NCBI RefSeq assembly: GCF_018977255.1
Contig: NW_024704742.1
Span: forward strand, 107,200,001-107,264,000
DNA length: 64,000 nucleotides
DNA from: Callorhinchus milii
Taxonomy: Eukaryota
Direction: 5' to 3'
Each line of letters begins with the position of its first letter. Within the stretch, counting starts at the first letter, position 1. The notes beneath the pieces were generated by a model, which worked only from the letters and a program-made list of their open reading frames with translations, was not told the DNA's origin and ran no database searches. Both the position numbers and the translations under genes were made by a program. This document shows positions 52,695 to 64,000 of this stretch, one piece after another.

Positions 52695-52814
52695 AGAATT
52701 GTGAAAAATTCTTAAATTGAGTCTTAATTTAGAAGCAGGCTCCTTTTTAAGAAATGCAAACAACAAAACCCTGCTTGCAAATTAAGCCTGAATTTAACAC
52801 GTTTCCACAATTCT
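52695..52814. repeat. Inverted repeat or hairpin (MITE-like)
   Basis: Arms at 52695-52739 and about 52770-52814 are imperfect reverse complements. Confidence 0.65.
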
Positions 52815-52994
52815 CAGAGCTCTTACATTTTAACATTTAACCAAATTTTAAAGGCTACGACTAGGTGGCATTTCAAATCTCAAAAGTTATAAAGAAACAT
52901 CGCCTCTCCCCCCACAGGATTTATTAAATATTCAGCAGGGCAGAAAAAAGAAGCAGCTGTACACAAAAAATAAATCAAAAGATAGTAAGCTTAC

Positions 52995-53162
52995 CTTTCT
53001 AAATCTTGTTTTACATCCAAGCATTTCTTTCTTTATTTCTTGAGGAGCTGTATACGAAGAATCTCTGGTACTGCCATCCACCTAGTCTGCTTGTTGGATA
53101 TCAAATGATCACCTAGTGACTGTTCTCCTCGGTGGGGACGGTAAGCAGGGGTCTTCTTGGAG
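52995..53162 (-). pseudogene. Candidate 168-nt symmetric exon with premature stop(s)
   Basis: Strong donor AAG|gtaagc and weak acceptor caattcag. Length is divisible by 3 but every frame has at least one stop (best frame: SKKTPAYRPH...WMAVPEILRIQLLKK*RKKCLDVKQDLE). Confidence 0.3.
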
Positions 53163-53574
53163 CTGAATTGGTTTGAAATTTCCAAGTGTAGGTGAGATGC
53201 ATGGAACTCTCAGTCTGGTTTGGATACTTTTAAGCATGGTAATGGGTTTCCACATGTGTCAAACTGACCAACTTTACTTCAAACTTAGTGTATTTTGCTT
53301 CACTTATCTGTACATAAATCTCAGTCTCAGTGCATTTCACTCTTGGTACCAGTGACAATTCACAGCTGCATGGAGAACAGTAATTGCTGTCTGACTATTG
53401 TAGCTCCACCAACCTGAGTTGCTATGATGACAGAAAATTCCATTTCTTCATCAGAACATGCAACAAGACCTTTCGATGAGATGTGAAAATGAGACTGAAC
53501 AAACTTTCAGACAGGAAAACAGTTGAGTAGATTGAACAAGTGTTAGAAACATGACTGCAGTGTGAAAAGTGCAT

Positions 53575-54010
53575 CTCATGCAGGGAATTCCTCGTACATC
53601 ACACTGATCTGCAAGAACTCCTCCGCAACGTCGCCCGGCTCCGACACTGTATCACACCGCAGGCAGCCAAAACCCTCATACATGCTTTCATTACATCGAG
53701 GCTCGACTATGCAAACTCCCTGCTTGTCAGCCTCCCCAACTCCTCCTTCCACAGGCTGCAAATCATCCTGAACTCTGCAGCCCGTGTCCTCTCCTGCACT
53801 AGGCTCCGCGACCCTATGAAACCCATTCTTGCCCAACTCCACTGGCTTCCCATCACACAGAGGATACAGTTCAAGTTCCTGGACCTCAATTTCAAAACCC
53901 TCCATGGTCTTGCTCCCACTACCTCTGCGACCTCCTAACCTCCTACCATCCTGTTCAGTCCCTCCGCTCAGCGGGCTCTGGCCTGCTTCACGTCCCCTGC
54001 CTCGCTCAAT
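53575..54010 (+). mobile_element. L2 LINE fragment (RT C-terminus)
   Basis: IHAFITSRLDYANSLL and LHWLP motifs. Confidence 0.85.
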
Positions 54011-56105
54011 GGACGTGGAGTCAAGAGTGGAGGCAGAGAGGTAGAGTTGGGTGTCATTCGCATACATGTGGACGTTGACCCCATGTCTGCAGATGATGTC
54101 ACTCAAGAGGGAGCATATAGATGTTGAAGAGGAGGGGACCAAGGACAGTGCCCTAAGAAATACCACATGAGATGGTCCGGGGGCGAGAGGAGCAACTGTT
54201 TGTGGAGTTGAAGTGCAGGCAGTGTGAGAGATATGATCTGAACGAGTCAAGAACAGAGCAGTGGAGGTTGAGGTGAGAGGAGAGGCAGTGGTTGAGGATA
54301 GAGTGGTCGACGGTGTCAAAAACAGCAGAGAGGTCAAGGCGGATGAGGAGGTAGAGGGAGCTCTGGTCGCAGATGGACAGAATGTTATTTGTTACTTTGA
54401 CCAGGGCTGTATCTGTGCTGTGGGCGGCACAGAAACCCGATTGGAGGGCTTTGAGAAGGGAGTGGCGGGAGAGGAACGAGCGGATCTGAGAAGCAACAAC
54501 TTGTGGAGTCCTGTAGCTCAATGGTTAGAGCACTCGCTTTGCAAGCGAGAGACCTGAGTTCAATTCCAGGCAGGGCGAAACCTTGGGCAAGTTTCCTTAC
54601 TCTACACGCCTAATAATAATCCCTCCAAAAAACCAAAAACAATAATAAATTGATCATTTTCAATCTACGACTGTTTGTGGGACATTGCTGTGCGCAATTA
54701 GCTGCCGCATTCGCCCACAAATATACAGTCAATTCACTTTACAGTGTTTTCTGTGAAGCGCTTTGGGACGTCCTCCCGACCTGAAAAGCGCTATATCAAA
54801 TGCAAGGATTATTATTATTATTGTTCCAGGACCTTGGAGAGGTTGGAGATGTTAGGGAGTAGAGAGGGGTTCAGGGAGGGTTTTTTAAGGATAAGAATGA
54901 TGACAGCGGTTTTTAATAGGGTGGGAACAGTGCCAGAGAACAGGGAGAGGTTTACAATGTCAGAGAGTAGAGGGGCAAGGAGGTGGAGCTGAGAGGTGAG
55001 GAGAGGGGTAGGGATGCGGTCGAGGGAGCAGGTGTCCAGTTTCATACGGGTTATGGTGGTGATGAGAGAGGAGGGGGAAATGGGTCCAAAGGTGTGGCGG
55101 GAGGGATGGGTAGGGGCCAGGTTGGGAGGAGGAGATGGGGAGGCGGTAGCAGATGCAACAGCAGAGGCAGCTGAGCGGATTCCCTCGACTTTGGATTCAA
55201 TGAAGTTCAGCATCGCCTCGCAGTTGGCATTTGAGGTGAGGATGGGTGAGGCATGAGAAGTGGGCGGAGGAGTTGCTTTGTGATGGAGAAGTGGAGCCTG
55301 GGGTTGTCCTTAGCCTCCAAGATTGTCTTGGAATAGAACGACAATTTAGCAGAGACAAAGGCGGAGCAGTAGGATTTGATATGTTCCAGCCAGATCTGCT
55401 GATGGACCATGATTTGAGCCAGGTGTGCTCAGCAGAACGCGCCTGGGAGCGGAGGTGACTGGTGCACCAGAGTGATTTATGTGAATAGGAGATGGTTCAG
55501 GAAGAGAGGGGAATGAGGGAATCAAGAGTGGAGGAGAGGGAGCTGTGGAGAAGAACGATCGAGGAGGATATGTCAGTGCGGGAGGACGCCCAGAGGGGAA
55601 GGAGTTCAGATGACTCCAAGGTAGCTGAGAGGGAGGGGGGGAGATTTTTTTCCAGGGTGGTTATGAGATGGAGGTGGGTTGAGTGGCGGTAGGGAGAGGG
55701 ATTGACGAGTTAAGGGAGATGAAGTGGTGGTCCAAGATCACTTTGTCGATGATGGTGAGGTCCGAAACGTTGAGGCCCCGAGCGTTCACCAGCTTGAGGG
55801 GGTGACCGCGGATGTGGGTAGCGGAGTGGATGTGGAGAGAGAGATTGAGGGAGGAGATAAGGGAGGAAAAGTCAGCAGAGGTGGAGCAGGATGGGGTGAA
55901 GTGAAGGTTGAAATTGCCGAGGATGAGAAGGCTTTCGGAGCAGAGGGAGAGGGAAGATAGGAGGGTGGAGATGTCGGGGATGAAGGTGGGGGAGGGCTTG
56001 GGGGGGGCGGTAGATAAGGAGAATTTTGAGGGAAAGATTGGAGCGCTGATAAAGGGTAAGGCACTCAAAGGAGGGGAAAGTTCCAGAGGAGTAAGGGGAT
56101 AGGAC
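54011..56105 (-). mobile_element. L2 LINE ORF2 fragment (APE endonuclease to RT), with an inserted SINE
   Basis: Motifs IYRPP, ILGNFNLH, THIRGHPL, DHHFI, LQSGF, DLSAVFDTVDH and HMYANDTQLY. Confidence 0.9.
54505..54820 (+). mobile_element. Young full-length SINE, subfamily C, with a TTGT target duplication
   Basis: TTGT at 54501-54504 and 54821-54824; removing the SINE restores the L2 sequence seen near 60760. Confidence 0.92.
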
Positions 56106-56262
56106 CACCACTTCATCTCCCTTAACTCCTCAAGCTCTCTCCGCACCGCCACCCAACTCACCTCCATCTCATAACCCCCCTGGAAAAAGTTCCCCCCCAC
56201 CCCCCCGCCCTCCCTCTCAACTGCCTTGGAGACATCTGAACTCCTCTGGGCATCCTTACTGT
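56102..56262 (+). mobile_element. Inverted duplicate of L2 segment 55575-55733
   Basis: Reverse-complement similarity; junction at GGACC. Confidence 0.8.
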
Positions 56263-57819
56263 ACTATACTCACATATAGGGTATTGAAAAGCAACCCAGC
56301 AGACAGCAGTAATTTAACCAGGTAAATGAGAATGCCATAGATTCAGGCATTGTGCTGTGGAGGTGGGGAGTGCTCAGTGCGAATAACTGTTTGTATGAAG
56401 CGTGATTTTATTATGCCACCTTTGAATTTAAGTGTATTTATTTGATATTTATTAGTGATATTGCTTGACAATTTACAACACACTCAATATAGTCTCACTA
56501 CAAGAGCCTGCCACAACGATTTGACACACTGACAAAAAAGCTCATTGAACTACACCAACACACAAATTGATACTTATAAAGGCAGTACCAACATTCTGAA
56601 TGTGCTCAGTAGTGGTACTCATGATCGATATCTGGTGCTAAATCTTCCCCTGCATGGCTGAGAGGATTCAGTCAATTTAACCATGTCGTGAGGCTATAAA
56701 TATTGGCAAAGGCAGCCCCTGACATGCCTCTTTTGTACTCTGTAGAACGAAAAGAGTGAGACAGGGTTAAGTGGAGTCATGAGTGGCCACTGGAAAATTG
56801 CACCCAAATAACGGCTTCTATTTTTCACACCACAAATAATCCTGGTAAATTTATCAGCAATCCTACTTCATGTACCACTGCTCTACCCCTCGCACCACTG
56901 ACACGCAGGCTTTCAGTCATTCTGTCCCCACTCTCTGGCACTCCATCCTGGGGTCCCTCTGACTCGCTCCCTCCCTTCTTTCAAGGCACATCTCAAAATG
57001 TACCTTTTCAATGACATTTTCGGTCTTCTTTCCCCATCCCACTCCCCTAGATTCTCTCCCCCAGCTCAGGTGGCTATTCAGCTATTCTGTAAAGAGCTTT
57101 AATATAGATTCAGCAGCCCTGGGCTAGGGAGGTGAAATGTACCTCCTGCAAATCTGCAGGAGCTTCTCTCTAACACAATTCACATCCAGAGGAGAGCTCC
57201 CAGGGAGAGAGACAGTGCAACTCATTCACAGTTACTGGCAAAATGTGAATATCACATTAGTTCCCAATAAGTATGCAAGTCTTGGTGTAGATCAGTCAGG
57301 ACCCATTTGTTTAGATTAACAGAAGCCAGGTATCTCACAAGGACCCTAAATAGTTTGAGGATTACTGCTTCTTCCTTTTGGATTCATGAACATCCTCTAC
57401 TGTGACTGAAGTAGGATTTGTTTAATACTACTACTACTGCACTACTACTACTAATAATAATAACCCTTGGATTTTTTNATAGCACATTATTATGTCGTTG
57501 ATACGTCTCAATGAACATAAAATTTGTTAATAATTCTTGAAGCCGTTTTCTAATTGGCTTAATAGCTCATGGCTGCCGCACTGGGAATTATCAGTGTTTG
57601 ACAGTTTGAATCTTAGTAACCTGGTCTTTGGCTGCAAAACAAGCCTTCAAAACCTTTTTGACGGATTGGAAATGGTTTGAAAAAATTGTTGCAACTTACA
57701 AAATGTATGGTGGAAGGAACAGAAAACAAAACAACAATTTGCATTTATACAGTGCCCTTCACGTGGGGTAGCATCCCGGTGCACTTTCAGCTAAGTAATT
57801 AACCATCATTAAAGATCCC

Positions 57820-58450
57820 ATTGCCTAGTGCAATGATAACACTCTTATCTCTGAGTCAAAATGTTGTGGGTTCAAGCCCCACGTTGGGACTTGGAATCAC
57901 GTATCTTAGATAACACTTCAATGCGGTGCTTGTCGGTGGTGCCATCCTTCGGATAAGATGTTAAACCGAGGTCCCATCTGCCTGTTCATGTGGACGTGAA
58001 AGATCCAATGGCACTATTCAAAAAGAGAAGGCAGTTGCTTCTTTACTATCCTAGAACATTGCTGTGCACAATTCGCTGCCGCATTTCACCCACAAAATAT
58101 AGACAATCCATTTTACGCCCACAAATATACAGTCAATTCACTTTGTAGTCTATTCTGTGAAGAGCTTTGAGACGTCGAGAAGATGTGAAAAGTATCAAAT
58201 GCAAGGATTATATTATTATTTACATATCCTGTGAAGCGCTTTTAGACCTTTCAATGATGTGATAAGAGGCTTTGTCAAATGCAAGGATTATTATTAGTAT
58301 TATAATTAATATCATTAAAAAATCTTTTTATAATTTTAATATTATTATTTTGTTCCTCTAAAAAATACATTTTACATTAAATTCTGTATAGTGCTTTGAG
58401 ATGTCCTTCTGACCTGAAAGGCACTATATCAAAAACAAGGATATTTGTAA
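57820..58450 (+). mobile_element. Deu-domain SINE followed by stacked SINE tails
   Basis: Head plus Deu domain, then three ...GTGAAG..CTTT..AAATGCAAGGAT-like tails. Confidence 0.75.
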
Positions 58451-59387
58451 TAGTTTATGGTTAGTATTACAATAATAAAAAGTCGTTCAGTAAAATAATA
58501 TAAGTGACTTATTTTTCGCTTCACAGTGCATGAGGAGAAAACACACAGAACCAGTTGGCCCATGGATTCAGGAGTTTCTGTTAACCTGTCTAAGCTATCT
58601 AAGGGTTAATAACTCAAAATGTAATGCACTAACAGATTTCAGTGTTCAATCCATGTGAAACTGTTGGTGGCCTTAGAATTGTTAAATTACCTTTAAAATC
58701 CAAAATACAATTTTCTGCTTTGTGGTTATTAAGCACTAAAATTACCATCACTATAAACATTGACCTATCTTGCCTCTATAATATTTTCCTGTTGCTCAAT
58801 GTGAAGCAGCAATAAATGCGAAAAAGGCGACATTGACAGCAATCTAAGATGCTTTCCTGAAACATTTCATCTCTAATTCAATCAGCTGCTCGCTATTTCT
58901 TTGTACATATACACGTGATCAAGATCATTGACATGTGGATTGATTTCACCCTGTTAGCTCAAAGTAAACAACAAAGGAGATTAAAGTCTCATCAGTAGGA
59001 TCAAGTCTCAATTGTTTTATAACAGCAAACTATGAAACTGGATTGATAATTACTGAGATTAGAAAATTGCTTTTTAAAAGTGGAAATAATGTAGAATTTC
59101 TTGCAAATACAACAACTTGCATTTATATAGCACCCTTCATACAGGGTAGCATCCTAGAGCGCTTAAATAGGTGGTTTAACAAGATTCTGAGAGCAGCTAT
59201 ACAATTTGCTACGCAAGACAGGAACTGAAGACTTCATAAATGTTGCTTAATTCAGAATAGCAGATCGGCAATTCATAAAAATTCGGTTCATTGAATAAAT
59301 CAGTATTATCCATGAAATTCTTTAGTGTTTTGAAATTTAGCTTATTGACACTAAAGTAGGTACTTGGCTCAGTTGGTAGTACTATCA

Positions 59388-61990
59388 AAAACAACAACAA
59401 AATTACATTTGTACAGCGCCTTTCAAGACAGGAGGATATCCCAAGGTGCTGGACAGTCAGTGTTTCAGACCCGAGCTGGGGTTTGAGATTGGGGAGGTGG
59501 AGGCCAGGTGGGGAAGAAGGGTGACTGAAGGCACAGTCGAAGAGGAGGGACTTGAGACGGGTCTTGAAGGAGGCAAAGAAGGGGGCAAGATGGAGGGACT
59601 GTGGGATGGAGCTCCAGAAAGCGGGGGCATAGTGGCTGAAGGCCCGACCACCAATGATGGGGCGGGCGAGGCAGCGGATGTGAAGCAGGCCAGAGTCCGC
59701 TGAGCGGAGGAAGCGGGCAGCTTGTTAGGGGGTAAGGAAGTCACAGAGGTAGGGGGGAGCATGGCCATGGAGGGCTTTGAAGGTGAGGATCAGGAACTTG
59801 AACTATATCCTCTGTGTGATGGGAAGCCAGTGGAGTCGGGTGAGGATGGGAGTGATAGGTTACGGAGCCTAGTACGGGAGAGGACACAAGCTACAGAGTT
59901 CTGGGTGATCTGCAGCCTATGGAGGGAGGAGTTGGGCCGGCTGACAAGCAGGGATGTTGCATAATCAAGCCTGGATGTTATGAACACGTGTATGAGGGTC
60001 TCGGTGGCCTGCAGTTGCACAGGTGGGGAAAGGCAAAGCATGGCACGGATGTGGGGCAGAAAGGATAGTTGAGGGTCAAACAAGGTGCCAAGGTTCTGGA
60101 CTGGCTCAATGAGGTGTAGTGTGTATCCTTGGATGGTGATCTGTCAGCACCTGAGGTGTGAAAGCGCAAACGGGAGCCAATCAAGAGGGTCTCGGTCTTG
60201 TTGACGTTCAACTGTAGAAAGTTAGCTCTCATTAAGGACTTGATGTCTAACAAACATTCTGGCAGGACAGCAGTGGTCCCGGAGTCGAGGGTGGAGTTAA
60301 AGAGATAGAGTTGGGTGTCATCCACATACATGTGGAAACTGACCCCATGGCTATGGATGATGTCACCAAGGGGGAGCATATAGATATTGAGGAGGAGGGG
60401 ACCAATGTCAGAGCACTGAGAAACTCTGCAGGAGATGTGTGGGGGCTAAAGGAAAAAATGTTTGTGGAGATGAAGTGAAGACGGTGTGAGAGGTAGGATA
60501 TGAACTACTCAAGGACAGAACCATGAAGGTTGAGGTGAGAGGAGAGGCAGTGGAGGAGGATAAAGCAGTCAAAGGTATCGAAGGCAACAGAGAGGTCAAG
60601 GAGGTCGAGGAGGCAGAGGGAGACCTCGTCACAGGTGGACCAAACGTCATTTGTCACTTTGACCAAAGCTGTTTCTGTGACGTGGGCAACACGGAAACCC
60701 GATTGGAGGGGTTCATGCAGGGAGTGACGGGAGAGGAAGGAGTGAAGCTGGGAAGGCGCGATTTGTTCCAGGACCTTGGAAAGAAAGGGAGCTTGGAGAT
60801 GGGGTGGTAACTAGAGGCTCGGGTGGGTCTAGGGAGGGTTTTTAAAGGATAAGAGTGATGATGGCCATTTTTAAAGGGGTGGAAACAGTGCCAGTGGTCA
60901 GGGAGAGCTTTATGATATCTGTGAGTAGAGGGCAAGGAGGTGGAGCTGGATGGTAAGGAGAGGAGTAGGAATGGGGTTGAGGGAGCAGGTGGTCGGTTTC
61001 ATGTGGGTTATAGTGGTGGTGAGAGAGGAGATAGAAACATGTTTGAAGATGTGGAGGGAGGTACGCGTAGGGGTCAAGGTGTGAGGGGGAGATGGAAGGG
61101 GGTAGTAGACGGAAGGGCAGAGGCAGCTGAACGGATTCCCTCGACTTTCTTTTAGAATTTTGAGGGAAAGGTTGGAGGGATGATAGAGGGTAAGGTGCTC
61201 AAAGGAGGGGAAGGTTCCGGAGGAGTAACGGGATAGGCCGAGTGGGGACCAGGAGATGAGAGCCATCCCACCACCACGGCAGTTAGGTCGTGGGGAATGA
61301 TGGAAGGTGTAGCTGGGTGGTATGGCCTCTGTCAGGGGGAAGGTGTCACCTGGAGTAATCCAGGTTTCGGTGAGAGCGAGGATGACAATATTTTCATCGA
61401 CAATGAGGTCTTGGATGGTGAGTGTTCTATTGAAGAGGGAGCACACATTTTGTAGGCTGATGGAGAGGGAAAAGTTGGTGGGGGAGTGTGGGGAATGAGG
61501 TGAGGGAGGGGAAGCACTGACAGTGAGGGTGGGGATGTGGATGAGGGAGGTGAGGTTGACCCCTGGGGTCAGGGACCGATGGGCCTTGCAGCAGAGATGG
61601 AGGATGGGGCAGTCAGAGTGACTGCTGTTGGACAGCAGCGCTGTCTGCCACCGGTGGGGCCGACAGAGGATTCGCAGACTAGAGCAGACGGAGGCAGTGG
61701 GACAGTCAAGCAGCGATAGGAGTCGGCGAGGGGGGTGGGAGAGGAGGAACGATCAGGAGTAGTGGAGGGTAGAGGACAGGGGTGGGAGCATTTTGGGGAG
61801 GCAGCTTGGATCGGTGGCGGCAGCCAAAATGCACATGTTGAGACTAAGAGCAAACGGGGAAGGTGGGAGACAGGCAGCATGGCATGAGTAGCCCGCTGGC
61901 GTGGATCATCATGGGGAGAGGGGGGGGAACAATGTTATAGTCCCAGTGAGTCCAGGCTCAGAAATTCAAAGATGGCGAGTAGATACGACC
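59388..61990 (-). mobile_element. Longest L2 LINE copy (5' region, endonuclease, RT, 3' tail), internally deleted and frameshifted
   Basis: ILALTETWI and RGGGMAL (APE endonuclease); HMYVDDTQLY, FLQLNVNKTE and FITSRLDY (RT); (TTG)n tail at 59388. Confidence 0.92.
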
Positions 61991-61994
61991 CCTC

Positions 61995-62655
61995 TATCGC
62001 CTCTGAGATAGAAGGTTGTGGGTTCAAAACACACTTTGGGATTTCAACTCACACTCCAGGCTGCTGGGAGAAGCATAGTTTGTAGGAGGTGCAGTGCTTT
62101 GAGACTTTATCCTGGGCAAAGAGCACTATATAAATGCAAAATTGTTGTTGACCTTCAGGGAAGTTTTGAAACCAAGATCCTGTTCTGCTTTTCAGATGAA
62201 TGTTAAAGATCCCATGACACTATTTGAAAAGAGAAGGAAATTTCTCCCGGGTTCCTACAATTGTTTTAAAAAATATATATTTATTGGTATAGAAAAATAT
62301 ATTTATACTTGTCTCATGAAAACCAAACCCATAACAGAAAACACCCCACAAATCATTCACAACCCGTTACAAACCGAAATGGACCCATCCCCTTGTGGCA
62401 CAGCAAATCTCTTCACACTCCACTCTAGTGGAGGAACCAGGACTTCCCTGCCTCAGGTTCCTACAATTCCCCAGATCAAACTGGTCATTCACTTCATGGC
62501 TGTTTGCTGTTTGGTACATTGTAGCACACAAATTGGCTGCTGCATTCTCTTACAAAATATACAGTCACCACACTTTACAGAAATTCCTGTCAAGTGCTTT
62601 GAGACATCCTCCTGATTTGATAAGTACCATATCAAATGCAAAGATTATTGTTATT
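61995..62655 (+). mobile_element. Deu-domain SINE broken by later insertions
   Basis: Head, Deu domain and tail pieces occur in order. Confidence 0.65.
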
Positions 62656-63474
62656 TATAAATTTGACGATTCATAAAAAGTCTTGGAGTAAGAGATCAGT
62701 CTGAAGTATCAGTGTACTTATTTATTGAGTTGCAAGAAAGCAGTTCGAAAAGTTCATCCCTTTAAATGATCATTGCTCGATTTCAGAAATCCATGGACAA
62801 AGAGTCTAAAGGTTAAAAAAGATATTTTCTATGTGTACTGAAGTTTAATAAATATTTTCTGAAATTTTTATGTTGTTAAATGTCAGGATCAAATTGGTGA
62901 TATTTGCAAAGCTGTTTCAAAAGCCAACAAAAGCTGAGGGAGTGGATGGGCAGAAAGCAAAACAGTCTACATTTTTGCGTTCTGCTCTTTCGCCATATTT
63001 TGCTGACAATCGGAATTCGCAGTTGCCCATTTTGCAAATGTTGTAAATTCGGTTTTCGACATAATAATCCTTGCATTGATATTATGAAAATTATGATTTT
63101 TAATATTTTTAAAAAATAATACATTATGAAAATGGAAGTAGAATTAGGCGCTTTAAACGTTGCTTGCGAATTTAAGTGTTGCATGTTAGACCTCATTCTA
63201 TATTTTGTGTGTAAATGCACATTAGTTCCCAGGAGAAGGTGTGGAAGGAGGAAATTCTACAGCAGGTCATTTCTTGCTTAATATTCGCTGACTGCTTCAT
63301 TAAAAAGGATGTCAATTCTCAATGACTTCTCAGTAGAGGGAATCAATGGGAAAGAGGTAGGGACTCGATGAAGCGCAGCAGCAACTGCTCAGAGAGCGGA
63401 AGGTTGCCTCAAATATGAAATCTCCTACGCGTTGCCAGGACCACTGCAGTGGTTGGAATTTATGCTCCACTCAC

Positions 63475-63501
63475 CGGGGTTTTGTGAAGGGACTCATCCA
63501 T
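63475..63501 (-). other. Candidate short coding exon end (MDESLHKTP|gtgagt)
   Basis: ATG plus 8 codons, then a consensus donor CCG|GTGAGT, in mildly CpG-richer DNA. Could be chance. Confidence 0.3.
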
Positions 63502-63764
63502 AAACAATTTTCCTGCTAGGGTTGCAAATACAACTGAGTTTTGAATTAGTGTGGGTGTGAGAAGTACCTACTATTTTTTTACTTGTGTTTACATTTTATT
63601 ATGCCTTTATAAGAAGAAAACCTCCGCATTAATAAATACAAATAAAAAAAAACAAATAACAAGAATAGCATATTGTTTGAATTATTCCCTGTGTATGGAG
63701 CATGAGGGAAGGAAAATAAATGAGGAATGATGTTTGGGAAATTGCACAACAAGTACCCGCTAAT

Positions 63765-63882
63765 ATCAAATATAAAATAAAAACAAAAGTCGCTGGGAAC
63801 ATGCAGCAGGTCAGGCAGCATCTATGGAGAGTGGAAAATCAGTTAATGTTTCAGGTCGATAACATTTCGTCAGACTTCTGAA
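63765..63882 (+). mobile_element. Penelope-like element terminal fragment
   Basis: CAGCAGGTCAGGCAGCATCTATGGAGAG...AATGTTTCAGGTCGAT resembles an abundant shark repeat as I recall it. A weaker antisense copy lies at about 38900-39010. Confidence 0.5.
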
Positions 63883-64000
63883 GGGGCAGTATAATCAAAT
63901 CAGAGAGAAAGGGGGATGCTAGGGTGTGAATTAATTTATAAGTAAGTGCAAGGATCTTGAGTCGATCTGTTCTGCAATAAGGAGCCAATGGAGACTGGCA

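Noticed and set aside
52995..53162. PH-domain-like reading (..RFFVYSSSRNKERNAWM..)
   Set aside because: That frame has four stops and no other PH-domain exon was found.
53576..54337. 253-aa ORF, the longest in the track
   Set aside because: It is a chance read-through across two oppositely oriented L2 fragments.
57478..57478. Single N base
   Set aside because: An assembly ambiguity within a degenerate SINE tail.
1..64000. CRISPR arrays, operons or prokaryotic defence systems
   Set aside because: The sequence is vertebrate; its repeats are dispersed retroposons, not regularly spaced arrays.

Overview
Eukaryotic, AT-rich, repeat-dense vertebrate DNA. The repeat content (Deu-domain SINEs, L2 and CR1 LINEs, a Penelope-like terminus) points to a cartilaginous fish, possibly a chimaera; this is inference. 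The only confidently identified gene is the last coding exon of an SLCO3A1/OATP3A-family transporter (1-246, + strand, ending ...CENMESVL*). The rest is intergenic or intronic. It holds dozens of tRNA-derived SINE copies in several nested subfamilies that share a 3' stem-loop with a local L2 LINE, plus L2 and CR1 fragments, a Tigger/pogo-like DNA transposon, several palindromic MITE-like elements, an unclassified A-tailed repeat and homeodomain/TALE-motif-rich candidate enhancers. The most interesting unexplained signal is a series of non-repetitive, Ser-rich, stop-interrupted reading frames and splice-site-bounded segments on the minus strand (about 4.7-63.5 kb), including a codon-aligned internal duplication. 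These may be a decayed multi-exon gene converging on SLCO3A1, but I could not identify it. Nearly all ORFs in the supplied track are repeat-derived or random. Repeat boundaries are approximate and were read by eye.
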